DNA of 55,056 nucleotides, the filler included, from Dimargaris cristalligena (lineage: Eukaryota), in NCBI GenBank assembly GCA_003614675.1. It is 3 parts of 3 records of this genome, joined end to end, with 100 filler letters (N's around TTAATTAATTAA, not from the genome) between each part and the next. Parts side by side here need not be neighbours in the genome. Positions count along the whole stretch, not along the records: positions 18,412 to 36,697 come from ML002771.1; positions 36,798 to 55,056 come from ML002772.1; 1 more part is not named here. One strand, written 5' to 3'. Below are positions 25,343-39,700 of this stretch, one piece after another. The notes under the pieces were generated by a model. That model was given only the letters and a program-made list of their open reading frames with translations. It did no database searches and had not been told where the DNA came from. A program made the translations under genes and the position numbers. How positions within the stretch are numbered: the stretch's first letter is position 1; the number at the start of each line of letters is the position of its first letter.

Positions 25343-27184
25343 ATGCTACACGAATTGGCCCTCACCACCTCAGGGTCTGCGCAGGACGATACCACCTACG
25401 CCTGGGATGTCCGTACAGGCACCATTCTGACCACATTCAAACAGAGCGGGTTCCTCGGGCATACTTTAGCCCCCTTCAAGGCCCCCGGGTACCCCCTCAG
25501 CTGCAGCGGCTTCATGGGTGCGATCCCCGGCCGACCCATGGTGCATTGTTATGTGTGGAATAAGGACCAGGCCTTTCTCAAATTCCCCTGCCCCGAGAAA
25601 CTGAGTGCCCTGGTGCTATCGTATTCGGGTCAATGGGCCGTGGGCGGTACTCCGACGGGTCGCCTATACCTATGGGAGACGTCTTCCGGCCAGCTTCTGC
25701 GGTACTGGGACGCCCACTACAAGGCCGTTACTACCATCCAGTTCGCGCGGGACGATACGTTCCTGATGACGGGGAGCGAGGATGCCGTGGTAAGCATGTG
25801 GGAACTCCCCGAAATACTAGAACCCTTGGGCTATGACCTCGACCCTAATCAGCCGATGGGACTCACCAAGCAGCCCCCGATGGATCAGGCTCCGTCGGCC
25901 CGGTACACCTGGACCGACCATACGCTGCCCGTCACCGCGGTCGTGTGTGGGTTCGGATTGGGCCCTTACACGCGTACCCTGACCGCGTCCCGGGATCGGA
26001 CCTGTAAACTGTGGGACCATACAACGGGCCATCTCCTGACCACGTTTGTGTTTCCCGTGGCCATTACCAGCATCGTACTGACATCGACCGAAACGGCTTT
26101 CTATGCTGGAGGGGCAGACGGATCGATTTGGCAAATTGATCTGTTCCGACGGGGCTCGCGTGATACGACCGGGGTGGCCAATCTATCGGATTTGGCGAAT
26201 ACTTGTGAGGCGGTCGGTGGTGAACAGCGGATTATTGATGTAGCCAGCGATAATCAACAAACCGCCCCGGATAGCGAATCGGCCTGGCCCGTTATGGTAG
26301 GCCACTCGGACGCGATCACCGGGCTTCAGCTTACCATGGATGGTACACTGTTGGTGTCGGCTAGCGCTGACGAACGGTGTATTGTGTGGGATGTATTTAG
26401 TCGGCAACAGCTTCGTACCTTTACCCAGCACAAAGGTAAGACCATGGTTTTTTTTTAGGATTAATTAAATGATCGATTGGTTTGAAACGAGACGTTTTTA
26501 GTAGGGTGACTTACTTAGCCTGACCAATTAATCAACTGAAAATTGGGGCTACTATCTTATCATGTATTTTTACTTATGTGTGTACATTCGCTAATCCACC
26601 TGCTGCTTCCGATTTTCCCCTCTCCATTTTTGAAACATATGACTATAGGCCCCGTATCTAACCTAGCCGTGCTCCTGCGACCACCCGAGTTGGTGGGGCT
26701 CAATATGGGGGCCTCCGCCCAGACCAGTCGGAGGGTGCCCTGTATCCAGCCATTCAAGCGTGTGATGCAGGATACCAGTCTAACGGCCACAATCACCAAC
26801 GAGCCCATCCCCCAGCCACCCAAAGACAATGGTGTCGAGACTCCCGCTACCACTGCCACCACTGCTCCTACGGCCGTAATCACCACTGGCCCTGTTACCC
26901 ACTTGGTGGATCGCCGGTCCGACCTCAAACGCCAGCTGGGCGCACTCGAGTTCGACGACCATTCATCCGTGGGACGGATCCTCGCCCAGGCCCACCACCG
27001 AGGCCTCAACAGCCAGTCCGGTGGGTCATCGGCCCAGGTTGGCCAGGAGATGGATAAGCTGAAGAAGGAGCTGGCAGGTAGTCGCGAACATATCGTCCGG
27101 CTACGTCAAATTAACCAGGACTTGCACAATTTCCACGTTGACTATTTTTTGGCCCAGCGAACGGACCCGACGACGGATGAATGA
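25343..27184 (+). CDS. IPI3: Pre-rRNA-processing WD40 protein Ipi3/WDR18 (Rix1 complex), 542 aa, 2 exons
   Basis: Exons 25343-26435 and 26649-27184 (GTAAGA..TAG, phase 1). Contains AWDVRTGT..TF, GRLYLWETSSGQLL..WDAHYKAVT, WTDHTLPVT, TASRDRTCKLWD, HKGPVSN and a C-terminal coiled coil (LRQINQDLH). Confidence 0.92.
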
Positions 27185-28128
27185 GAGGCCCGCACCCCAT
27201 TTTATTATGTCACTCTGTGAACGGGGTATTGAGGGGTCGACTATGAGCAGTAACCAAGGCACTGCCAAAACACCCGTTGTTAGAATAAAAAGCCATATTG
27301 GCATCCTGATTTAAACCATGTGACCCTGATGGATCGACTTGGGTGGAATTCAGTGCAGATGTATAAAGTTTTGGATAATACGTGTATGGGAAAGTATATG
27401 AGAAATCCATTATTAACCAGTGGTTTTTGCCTCATCCAACGGATTTATCGTTATACAGTCTGGTTGAACCTTTCCCACTTCTTAATTACTGGTGGTGGTT
27501 GTTGTTGGAACTTTGGCTTAGATACAAATGAGAGATATGGAGAGCGAGTGCTATGGGGCTCGGAATAAGGTTAATCACTGGATCTGACGAGGTGGTGTTA
27601 TTCCAATTGGTATACAGTTGCTCCTGGTAGGGGCTAGCACTACTTCTTTTGAGCTAATCACAATAGCCAATGGCTAAGCTACATTTCCTGTGAGGGTTGT
27701 TGTTTACATACCAACTAACCCCTACAGAGTGCGGTGTTCTATTACACGAGGCTATCTAACGCCTATTTGGAAATGCGCTTGAACAAGCTGGGAAGAAAAA
27801 CCTTCAGTTTTCCTCGTGTGTTCTTATCTTCACAAATGGTTAGGCATACTTTTTATAAACTCCGCCGCTGTGACAATATGTATTAGAAGGGCGCGTTTAT
27901 TTAATTATATGCTAGTCCTTTTTTAACGTACGTGCGTGTTTTTTTCCCTCTTGAATTGCAGCGTCAGCTAGCTAGTCCGCTTCCTCTGCATCCGTTCTTT
28001 TTCTCGTGCTCTTTATTCCGTGGACCAGTTGGCGACGCTCTGCATTTTGGTTTACCTGCTGGTCTGGTACCTTCGGCACCTCTCTTATTGACCATTATCC
28101 AGCATCGTCACTGCTGTGCCTACTGCTC

Positions 28129-31100
28129 ATGCATTTCGAACCCGTTGCGCCCGAGCCGTACAATGAGCGGGGCTACAAACGCGTCCGGGAACTGTGGCTC
28201 GACCGCCGTCACAGGCGCCAGGTGGCAGCAAGTAGCGGCGGAGATGTGTAAGTGATTTACAGTATACCCATCTGGCCTCGATTTGCATTGGCTTCTCACG
28301 TCCATTAAACATGGCAATGTACTATTTGGAGACCAATAAGTCGCGATGGCAGTCCGCTTTTGTCAGTGAGAGCCCGTTACTAGGAGAATAGCTTTCCCCA
28401 CACCACTTTTTACCCCATAATACTTATTGGCATAGTCCATTTTGCTCGTTGATTCCAATGTACCCCTGTATATCCGTCGACCTAACTCGATAGTCCCGCC
28501 CTAAACGACATTGATCTGAGGCTCTGTCTCCAGGCCTGGCGAAAGTAAGCACCTCCCTTAAGCATTTAAATAATCAGCCCTGGCACTGGCCCTTATAAAT
28601 TTCCGGAGTTTATTTTTTTTGTTTTTATCTTTGACTCCACCAGGTGTATTCCAACTAAGTTTGGATTTCCTCCTATACCATATTCTACCTCACTATTCGA
28701 CAGGTACTCCCAGTATTTCAAATGGCGAAAACAAGTTATCCGGCAACTCTGGGCCCAGTCCGTCCATGTGAATCATTTACGCCTCATGCGTTGGGCTCTT
28801 CGCACCATGCGACAGAAAATAGACTACCCACCGGTCTCTAAAAATGGTATTGTCTACCAGACGCCCTCTTGCGAGCTCCTGGAGCTTGATGAACCGCTTG
28901 CCGAGGCGCACTACGAAACTGCGCTGAAGCGTCACTGCTTGGCTCGTTGGTCTGAACAGTTGTGTGCGCACCGCTCAGCGATTGCTTTAGTTGATCAGCA
29001 CGAGATGTCACTTAAATCAACTACTCTACAGGTACGTCCAATAACCTAGTCATCCGAATCATCGACATCTTATTTTAGTTGCCGTTTGCCTTTTCTGTAA
29101 AATTGGTATTTAGTGATATAAGCACGATTCTAATACCAGCTCCCGCTCTATCATATATAACCATTTATTGGCTGCATAAGCTCTGGCGCCAGTATGTCGA
29201 CCAATCTAAAAATATAGCCCATCAGCATCATCTAGATAGGCTAGCCGATCAGTATTACAAGCGCAAAGTTCTAGATCGTTTATACGCGAGTGTCAAAGAC
29301 CAAATCCGTAAGTTAAACTCACCTTATTTCTTTAACCAAATTGCCCAACCTCTTATCAGGGTCCGGTGTGATTAACATGTCAATTGTTTTACCGGTGGTT
29401 AACCCCCTGCCCTCAGGGGCCCTTCTTCTCGATATGTCCACTTTCGACTACAATTTCTGTACTCTCCTGCGTGTAGAGCTTAGCTCTTACCAAGTGTATT
29501 TAGATAGGCGCATCCTCCAACGAGCATACCGCCTATGGGAATTTGGGTGGTAAGTTCACAAGCCCTCGATGATTGCATCTTCCAAATACAACTCGCCTGT
29601 CTCTTTTAACCAGGTATTATCATTATCTCATACTGGCCTATTCGCTTTTTTCAATTACTCAATGCCCCTCTTAACGTATTATATCCCCCTATCGCTTTTG
29701 GCATATATATTTTATGATTTGTAGTGCCAGCCGTTTATACGACCGTGATTGTCGGTTCCAAGTATTGGCACTATGGCGACAGCAGTTGGGTGTAAGTAGA
29801 ACATTTGGTAATTGTCGGGGTTAATATTTATCAGCAGTGGTTCTGCAAAACACCTACAAGATCAATGATATTATCTGGATTCCTTATTAACTCAGAGGCC
29901 CGTAATCTGGCTAATATGTCCACTGTTAATATGTATGTAATTGTTCATTAGGCCGTACAAGCCACCCGAATCTACAACCAGTTGGCCGAAACCCATCAGA
30001 AGACTGCGATATTCCACCATATGCATGCCCGCGTCAACCTTAACCATTATCAGCGACAGCGAGCTATTACATCGAAGCACGATGTTTTGGAACGCTGGCA
30101 ATCTGCCACACAAGTAGTCCAGTATAAGACAGGTAATTATTACCAACGATTCGGTTCCCTACGAAAACTTACTACCGTATATTCTATATACTGGTGGAAT
30201 GTATTCACCGTATTTATTTTTTGGCAGCTCACCACACCTATAACTCCGCACTATACGATTTACAAGTAGAACTTATACTAACACCTCTGCATATTGCACT
30301 ACAATGCTTTACTGGTCTCTAGGGATCGCCGGATCATTGAATGAGAAGGGCCGCGACTCGATTGCTCGAAAATTTCTTATCCAATGGGCCCATGCCTCGG
30401 AGGCTTACCAGAGAGAGAGTCAAGTTGCGCAGGTAGGCCTACCAGCGCTTGTGCTATTGTAGCCGATCATTGATTAAGTTTTCGAGCTATTGTATTACGA
30501 TATTGCTGAATAGAAATCTGCACTCGGGATAGCCAGTGGCGAAGCCAGCCCATTAATTCACATTTCTAATACCTCTCTTTCGATATGGTTGGCAATACTA
30601 TTGACGTAACCGGGGCCGGCCTCTACTTCTAGCGGATGTACATCCAGTGTTTTCTACCGCGGGCATTCCGATGTTGGGTCGAACGGTATAACTGCCTCAA
30701 GAATATGGAATCCGAGGCGGAATATACTTATAACCATAAATTTATTCGGCGGTGGGTAGATCGGTAAGTCAGTTCTGTTAATGGAGAATACTGTAATTTA
30801 TCTTTTTGTATGGTATAGCGACTAGTTCCAGCCTGTCCCAGTCTGATTGGCGGCGGCCTCGTCTGCAACCTTTCCGCCCAAAAATGGGTAAATGATCTGG
30901 TTAACTAAGAGGCTAATTTAAAGGAATAGGGGGGCATAATCAAACCCGTGAAATTAACTTGGCTTATGGATATCCGAACTTATCTCCATCCGCGACTTGC
31001 CGATTTTTAGGGTCTGTGACAATGATCAAACCCGCAAATGCCAGGGGTTGTTGGTTGATTTTAATCGACAAGCCGAGTTTAGGTGCAAGTGGCAGGCTCT

Positions 31101-34100
31101 GCGAGGTAACTTTCCTAATCCCTTATAGGGTGTTATATTCAATTCCCATGTACTTTTGACGCACTAACCTGTGTGTAAACGTAATGTGTGTTTTTATATA
31201 CTGCTGTAGCCCTGAAACTGATTTGATACAATCCCATCGGATTCATTTATCCCTCAAACTATATTCATTCCTCATTCCAACCGAACAGGGTTAAGGCGCC
31301 GACTTGACAAGGTTCGGTCGTTGGACCGGAGTGCCGATGAGCATTTCCGTCGCCAACAAAAAGTAGGCTTAGTTATTTTCATCCCAAGTTATGCCGTACC
31401 GACATTATAACCTGCTACATGGCCGTGTCCCACAGCTGTATTCGGGGAAACCCAACTAATTACTTATATTGCTCAATTTATTTTTGATACTGTTTGTCGA
31501 ACTCCCCCATGGTTAGGCCCGTTTGGCACGAGTGTATTACCACTGGTATAGCCGACTTCGTCGGTTATCGAAATTGCAGGCCCGGGCTGAACAAATCAAT
31601 CAACGGAAATTACTTACGTAAGTATTGCGCCACTACCCATACCTAATTAGTTTTCTCTGATCATACCGAATCCAAAACCTTATTGAATACCGTGGCTAAC
31701 TATTTGTATTGGACCTTTGTTAATTATTTATTATTTTTGGACTCCGCATATCCCCATCTTTTGATCATAGAAATACCATGGCCTGTTTCCATCAAACCAA
31801 AACCGGGTTTGACCGGTCGATGGTCTTGGTTGATAACTTTAAAGTTGGTCGCATCGAAGGTATGTGTAATAGAATCCCGGGTTTATACCGCTACTGTGTA
31901 TATATCTACCATTCACTCCTATTTGATTTGAGCCGCGGTAGTTTAGGAGGGCAGATATCAGTCGAATATAATCTAATTCCTTAACCGTATAATGTTAATT
32001 TGCATGTCTCTTGATGTAATATCGCGGGGCTATAGAACGGAGATCCTCGGCTTTCCATGCCTGGCGTAAATCCGCGGTGGCGGTAACCAGAGCCTTCAAC
32101 ACTATAGCGACGTCCGTTGACCGTCACCAAAAAACTACGACATGGAACCGATGGGGACGAACTCTCATGATTCACAAAGCTGATGCCTTTGGTCAGCGGG
32201 TACAAGAGTCGACTGACCGTCGTTTAGTCGAAACGATCTGGAACCGCTGGGTGCAGATCCGACACTTGGGGACATTCGATCGCCAGCGGCAAGTAGAACT
32301 TCTCCGCTATTATTATCGGCTATGGATCACCGCCTCCCAACGAGAGCCCACCCCAAGGGGAATACGGGAACTCCTGTATCAAACCGTGAAGTCGGAAATG
32401 ATGCGACGGTGGGTCAAACTCATACGGGTCGATCCTCAATCACATGGCCACCAGCCCTACCCATCTTCCGAAACTAGCAAACTGGGGCAGGCCCAGTTCC
32501 AGGGCGATTTACAGGTCAAACGGCGTATGTGGTTGGCCTGGCGCCAGCGTCGATGCCAGCATATCGATATGGAGGCAAAGGCGGCCAGTAAAATCCAGAA
32601 ACAGAAGTTTAATCAGCTTACTCGTTTTTGGGTCCGTTGGGGAAATCGTCTACAGGCCACGCAGGACCTCAATACGCAAGCCGAATTTCGCCATCGCAAA
32701 ACTAACCTATACCCCTTGTTTTTCCGTTGGTATTCTAGCTATATTGACCTTGCAAACCAGGAGGGGGAGTCATATCGGTTTGACCATCACCGCCTGCTCA
32801 ACCGATACTGGAAACACTGGAAGGGCCACTATACCGCGTCAACTACCCGGCCCAACTGGGATACTACCGAGGATGATAGGCCGAGTCGGGAATATCCTAA
32901 ACGGGCCAGCCAGGAGGTATTGTTTCACTGGAAATCAGTATCCCGCGATATGGCCGGTCGACATGATAAAACCGTCAAATCCTGTGATTTACGACTGAAA
33001 CGGTTTAGTTTGCAACGGTTAGTTTCCGGCCTTGAACAGCGACGGAATAGGCAGATATCTCACTCGGAAACCCTGAAGAAGTTTACTGACAGGAAATGTC
33101 GCGGTCATTTCCTTAAGTGGCATTCCCAGCTAGTTGTACAGCAGCGACGAGTGGTAGAACACCGGCGACTATTCACATATCAGTGCACAAAACTCGCCTA
33201 CGAACTCTGGCGTAACCGGGTCTCCGAATTACAGAATGAGGCGAATTATTATTTACAACAAGGATCACAAGTCCAAGCAACCATGAGGTGGCAGCAATGG
33301 AAAGAGGCGTGCCATCACCGCCGAATCCAACCCGAGCTGGAGCGCCGTCTTATCCAGTTCCAGAATCACCGGGCCTTCGACCTTTGTCGGCAAGCCCTCA
33401 ACCGCGGGTGCGAGCGCTCAGCGACTTACCAACGCCTACTAGAGGATAAAATTCCCCGGTCCTTTACGGGCCGAGTCGATTATCCGTCCTACCCGGCCTT
33501 TCACCACTTCCATTTAGTTCAACAGACACTTGCCCACTGGCGGCAGGAGGAGAACCGCCAGCAGGCCTTGTCGGCCCGGTTGGGGTCATTCAGGCGCTTG
33601 AATGACGACCGATGTTTGCACATTCTATTATATAAATGGCGGATCCGCGCGAGCCAACAGGGCGCGAAGAATACCCAGAGCCGTAAAGCAGCCCACGACC
33701 ACATTGCGACCATTTTTCGGGACCATATGGCCCGGCGCCGCCTTCCTGCGGTGTTCCAGCACTGGCGCCAGGCCACTGCCCAGACTGACCGTCTAAAGCA
33801 GCTGACGCGCAAGGCCCGGCCGTTCTATCGGCGCATGTTCGCGGGTAAAGCGGTACAAGTTTGGCGTGGACAAACGTTCCGCAAACAGCTCCGAGAGAGA
33901 CTGGTTCTTTTGGACGTTAGGCTGAAGGAATTCCAACAGAAGTGGGTGCTGCGGCCCGCATTAGCCAAGTGGGTGGAGCACGGTCAAGACAAGCCCGGGC
34001 TAGTCCAGCTATTTATTCGCATGGCCCACCCCACTGCCCAGGCGTTATTAGACGATAAGGTTGCCCTACCCGACACCGCGGATGATGATGATGCTGATGC

Positions 34101-34470
34101 TGATGATGATGCTGACGATGATGCTGACGATGATGCTGACGATGACGATGACGACGACGAGAATGAACCCTACCAGAGCGGTCGACTCTCGCATCAGTTC
34201 ACCGTACGCGTAGCTCCGGTCGCCGAGCATCAGTACCGGTGTTACCTACTGCAAAATACGCTGGACCATTGGCGGCTCATTGTAGATAGATACGCGGCTA
34301 GGGAGCAGGGTCGAAACCTGTCCGCCAATATATTTATCAATATGCTGCTCCAAAAGCGAACCATCCGGGCGTGGCATGCGAAATGCCAACAAAGACTGAC
34401 TTACCAATCCTCCCCAGCACCTGCTCGACGGGCTGTTAGACCAATGAGCAATATCAACGGGTTTGTGTAG
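28129..34470 (+). CDS. SFI1: Sfi1-repeat (centrin-binding) spindle pole body/centrosome protein, ~1326 aa, 14 exons
   Basis: Phase-consistent GT-AG model: 28129-28247, 28494-28544, 28704-29031, 29181-29307, 29477-29549, 29725-29791, 29952-30132, 30323-30432, 30633-30763, 31011-31105, 31289-31362, 31517-31617, 31771-31859, 32036-34470 (3981 nt). Basic helical protein with regularly spaced L/F-x2-W-R/K repeats (AFHAWRK, IWNRWVQ, VFQHWRQ, TLDHWRL). Confidence 0.8.
34081..34161 (+). repeat. GAY/GCT trinucleotide repeat encoding a poly-Asp/Ala tract in SFI1
   Basis: gatgatgatgatgctgatgct...gacgacgacgag; translates DDDDADADDDADDDADDDADDDDDDDE. Confidence 0.9.
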
Positions 34471-35085
34471 CACGGCGATCAAGCCAACACCCCGGTTAAG
34501 CAACTTTACTTATGCTATTTCCCCTTGGGACCATTTAGAATACAATAAATCCTCAGGGAAATCATTCCACCTTGTATAAATATATTTATGAATTATTCAA
34601 CGTACTTCCCCATTTATCAGTTCTCTTCTATCCATGGTCGTTGATTATGTGATATTTGAAAGAGGTTGGATTTCTTGTAAAGAACCTAACAGTTAGCAGC
34701 CGTAATTGTGAGTGAGGCATGGTAATCCGAAAAGGTCTTACCTACTGTTGAAACCCTTCTGACTGGTATTTGTCGTTCTACTTTAGGTGAGTATCAGGGC
34801 CAGTGTTTAAAGTCAGCTAGCTAAACGGTGTCTCTGGCCTGGCAATTGGAACCTCATCTATTCCATGTCGCTCATTCCTTATTTTTATAAACATTGCCCT
34901 TCACCTTAGCTCGTATACCTATAGGCGTAATCGGTGGGAGCAAATTAGGGTTTGCCCTTTATTGACTTTTATTGCACCCCATTCCATCGGCGGCCATTTA
35001 GAGCCCATTTTTTTCGACGTCCCATTTGTGTACAGCTCAGTCAGGCACTCACTCATTGGCATACCCCTTTGTCGTTCATCTGGCC

Positions 35086-36644
35086 ATGCTTACGACTCAG
35101 CATCTCCAACACTACGTCAATGAGCACTTCCGCTCTGTGGCAGACCTGACCAAGCTCGATGAGCTCCTACCCATCGAGACTAAGCACACTACCCAGCTGC
35201 ATACTGAGGTAAGTACTACTTTAAAGCTATATGCACCAGCCTGGACCTGGACACGTTTTATCCACCGGCTTTCTCCAACCGCCCACAACCTATAACGAAC
35301 TTCATGAATGGGTGTTGGACCATGTACCCCCTTCAGTCACATTTCACTGTGTCCCTAACCGCTGACTATACTTTTCCGCCGTTACTATGGTACCACCATT
35401 ATGGCCGGCCCTATTATTATATTAGCTATGCGCGGTTCGTAAGAATACCGATACCCTCGTCCAAGAGCTAACCCAAGCCACCCGACAGTCTCAGGTTGAA
35501 ATCCAGCGATTGCGCAGCCTCCACGAGACCATTCGTCAAATAGCGGTGGCCTCCCCCGATACTAACCCTTTGTGGGCCGACCAGCTCCTACCGCGGCACC
35601 AACGGCTGCAGAGTTTATACACCGTCCAAGCTTACTTGAGCACGGTTGCCCGTGCCAATCAACTCGGCCAGCAGATTAAGGATGAAGCCAGCCGTAACCC
35701 CCAGCGGACAGTGGCCCTGTATCACCAGCTCCACGACATGGTATTCGCCTTACGAACCACTCCCAATCACCCACCCTACCCCAACTTGGACCAGTTCCTC
35801 GACGGTCACCTTGGCCAAGTGTGGGAGAGTATTCGGGCAACCCTGGTTAAACGCTACATTGAATGCCTGAATGCCTTGGAGTGGCCCAAGCCCATCAAAA
35901 TCCCTGCTCCCAAGTCCCTTGGCGCCAAGCTCGACGCCCTTCAACATGCATTCGCCGATATGCTACTCCTGGAACGGCCGCGGGGATCCACATCGTCCGC
36001 CACCCACAGTCCCGGGCCGGTCCTGTTCGCCATGCAGACCCTTACTCGGCCTCTGGTGGTTCGATTCCGCTATCATTTCGAGTCCCCCCGCCCGACTAAC
36101 CGTCTCGATAAACCCGAATGGTTTCTGTCCCACGTTGTAAATTCCATCCGGGACCACTACCCATTCCTAGAGGAAGAGCTGCAACCCGTGCTTGACCACT
36201 CCCGCAGCCACGAGTACCGGGTGAAGGACGAGTTTATCCGGGTGTGGGTGCAGTGTGTCGAGGAGAAATTACGCCAGGACCGGGGGCGCTACTTGGACGA
36301 GCCATTGCTTTTGGCCCATACCGTGCAGCAACTGGTAGAATTCGACCATACCTTAACTGAGGTATACTTTTACCAACCACCACCCCCCATCTTGCCCAAC
36401 GGGGAGACTGCACCCACGGACTGGGATCCGATGGACTGGCCCGGTACTGTTGATGTTTTACTGGCGGACCAGGACTTATTCGACCACTGGCTCAACGCCG
36501 AAAAGGAATTCGCTGCGGATCAGTACAATGAGCTGATCCTTGACGAAAATGCGTGGGCCCTCCTTTACGACGACCTACTAGACCCCAATGATCCTCACCC
36601 CACCCAGTCCGCCGAGGCTCTTTTTCAGCTGGTGGAGGGCATTG
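35086..36644 (+). CDS. TIP20: Tip20/RINT-1 (Dsl1/NRZ tethering complex), 3'-truncated at contig end
   Basis: Exon 1 35086-35208 (GTAAGT donor); exon 2 starts at 35426 (TTAG acceptor, phase 0). Family motif RFRYHF...TNRLDKPEWFL and LAHTVQQLVEFD. Sequence after ~36644 is a copy of the gene's own intron 1/exon 2 junction. Confidence 0.9.
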
Positions 36645-36692
36645 GTACCACCATTATGGCCGGCCCTATTATTATATTAGCTATGCGCGGTT
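36643..36692 (+). repeat. exact 50-bp direct copy of 35388-35437 at contig end (probable chimeric artefact)
   Basis: TGGTACCACCATTATGGCCGGCCCTATTATTATATTAGCTATGCGCGGTT is present at both positions. Confidence 0.9.
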
Positions 36693-36697
36693 AATCT

Positions 36698-36797
36698 NNN
36701 NNNNNNNNNNNNNNNNNNNNNNNNNNNNNNNNNNNNNNNNNTTAATTAATTAANNNNNNNNNNNNNNNNNNNNNNNNNNNNNNNNNNNNNNNNNNNN
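36698..36797. other. artificial contig spacer (N44-TTAATTAATTAA-N44)
   Basis: Same structure as 18312-18411. Confidence 0.97.
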
Positions 36798-39700
36798 CAT
36801 CCAGCTCGATACGGAACCCCCGCAGTTTCACCTGGCTGTCCATGCGCCCCAAACACACGACCTGTCCATCGGGTAGCCATCGGCCCAAATCGCCGGTTCG
36901 GTAGATTTTGCCACACCCCGTGAATGGATTGTTGACAAACTTATTTAAGTTAAGATCTGGTCGGTTGATATAGCCGAGGGTAACACCGACACCACCGATG
37001 CATATTTCGCCAACAGCACCAATCGGAACCACTAGCAGATTTTCATCCAAAATGTAACACTCATAGTCGGCCATTGGTCGACCGACTGGAATACACACGG
37101 ACAGCCGAACCTCCGTCAAAAGACAGGCGATTGTAGCTTCAGTTGGCCCATAAATATTGTAAAGGGTGGTAACCGCTGACCACTGACTTGCCAATTCTTG
37201 TGGTATATGTTCACCTCCTACCACCAGACTGGTCAGATTGGTATAATCCTGGGGATCTAACGTCGAGATGACAGACGGAAGCAAGATAGTCTGGTGTACG
37301 GTTTTCAACGTACCAGGGAGGTCGTCGCCATAGAACACCAGAGTGCAACCATAACATAAGGGAAGTAAGGTGTTCAGGAAAAACCCATCAAACCCAGCTG
37401 CCATTCCATTCATGGTTCGGGTACCGGGCTGTCGCAGCATCTCAAGGGTAGGGCTGCTGATAATATTTACAAGGCTGCGATATTCGACCATGACGCCCTT
37501 GGGGAGACCAGTGGAGCCCGACGTGAACACAATGTAGGCCAGGTCTGTTAGTTGAATGGAGTGGAGGGAGGATGCTGTGGCGGTAGATTCAATACCATCG
37601 ACAAGGTCGTCAATGGTAATGACTTCGCACCACTCGGTGTTCATTCCTGACGCATTCACCACACATGCGCAACCAGCCGTGTCGACAATGTATTTTTGAC
37701 GGGCAGTTGGGAGCTTAAAATCCACCGGTACATAGACGGCCCCGACGCCCCAAACGGCCAGCATGCACATGACTGTATCGGGGTGATTAGACACGATAAC
37801 ACCGACCTTTTCTTGTGGCTGAACATTGGCATGTTTGAGACGCTCAGCCATTCCCAAAACTCGCTGGGATAGCTGGGCGTAGGTGTGGGTGTAATCAGCA
37901 ATCTCAGTGGCCACTCGATCAGGGTACTTCTGAACCATATCAGAGAATAAATCCAATACACTTATGCAGGGATTCTCCTTTGTAAGTGGATTGGGGGACC
38001 CAAGTGCAAATTTATCCAGGATGAGACTGACCTCAGCTGGGCACACTAATGATGCCATGGTCCTTGACTGGTGAGCAACCATTACCGAGTGAGCATAGGC
38101 CAGGAAATTGTGAAGTAGACGGTTCACTGTGTCGACATTAAAAAGGCACGGATCGTATCTCAACTGGCACATAGTCGTATGGTCACAACAATCGACAACC
38201 AGCTGTAAATCGTAAGGGAACATTGTTCGAGGCGGCTGGGGCCTGGCGTACTGAACTGCAGAAATATCTCGAGATGCGGATGAATGGTGAATTACGACTG
38301 CTACACGGGGAAGACCGGAAATTCGGTGCTGACCTTCGAGAGACAAGTGCGGGACAAGAATATCCATTGGAGGCAAAACATGGAGCCGGGAGCCTCTGAT
38401 CTGGTGTGACAGTTGTTCGACTAATGCAAGGAAATCCAAGCGCAGTTCTCCCGTCACACGAAGAGGTTTTTCTGATATTGGCGGGCCTTCCAAAAAAACT
38501 GAACCATTTACAATTTCACCAACCGGTCCACTTACGGCCAAGATCAAATCGGTCTGTCCCGTCAGGCGTAGCAAGAATGTTGCAAAGAGAGTCGACCAGA
38601 GCCCATGTTCACCGAATGATTCCTTTGAAGCCCAATCATGAACAGTCTCAATCAACGAGTCTCCAACTGCGGTTTCTACCAAACTACAAAGGAACGAAGG
38701 CAAGAGCGGACGAGGCCGATCAGTCGGAAGAAGTAATTCTACTGGTGGATCCTGAAGAAGGGTGCCCCAGTAATCAATATCCACTTTAGATGGCTCACTT
38801 TCATTAAGGAAGCTCATAAGCGGGACATCGGATAGATCATTCGGAAGTCCAGCCAAGTTTTTGATGAACGCACGTAGAATGGCATCGAAGTCACCATCTG
38901 TTCCGAAGATTTCGTGAACGCAAATTACAATCGCCGAGGATTTGTCTACATTTGCACTAGCTGCTAGTCGATACCAGTCAAATTGGATCAGTACACCCCG
39001 GTTAATATCAAATCGAGGCGATTCTACTTCAAATTGATCTTGGTTAAGCTTCTGGGGACTGGGAAGTTGATGCTCAGTTACTCCAATTTTCACTGGTGGT
39101 AAGACGTAGCAGGCGAGAGCACCTTGAACAGAATGGAACCGGCAGCGAAGAGATTCAAATGTGGCAATTAGGTGGTCAACTGCCCGTTGAACCTCCACCA
39201 ATTGTAGCTGGGCCTTGATATTGATCACACGATGATAAAAGAAGACTGGTGCGGGATTACCCAATCGACTAAGGGACCAGGTGCGCTGCTGATGACCGGT
39301 GACCGACTTGGCACGTATATGCAGTGGCGAGGTTTTCGATGGGAAATTATCGATCACTTCAAGGTTGATATCTGGGGATGCCCCACTCACACCCCGGTCA
39401 ATTCTTCCACCAATAGTAGTAGCCAAGACCCCGATCTCACTATGTTTGATCAAATCATCCAAACTCAGATTGATACCGAATCTCTGGCAGATACGATACT
39501 GGAGCAGGTCAAGTTGAGCCAGCGGAAGCATTGCTGTGGACTTTAGATGTGCAGGATTAATGTTATCGGATGGATAGCAGTTGGAAGATACGTAAAGCTC
39601 ATTCACCACTACCATCAACCACCATTCAGAATCCGACAGGGACTGGACTGAGCGAATCGGAAGGCTGGCGAGATACGCCCGGGCGAAATACGGGAGAAGT

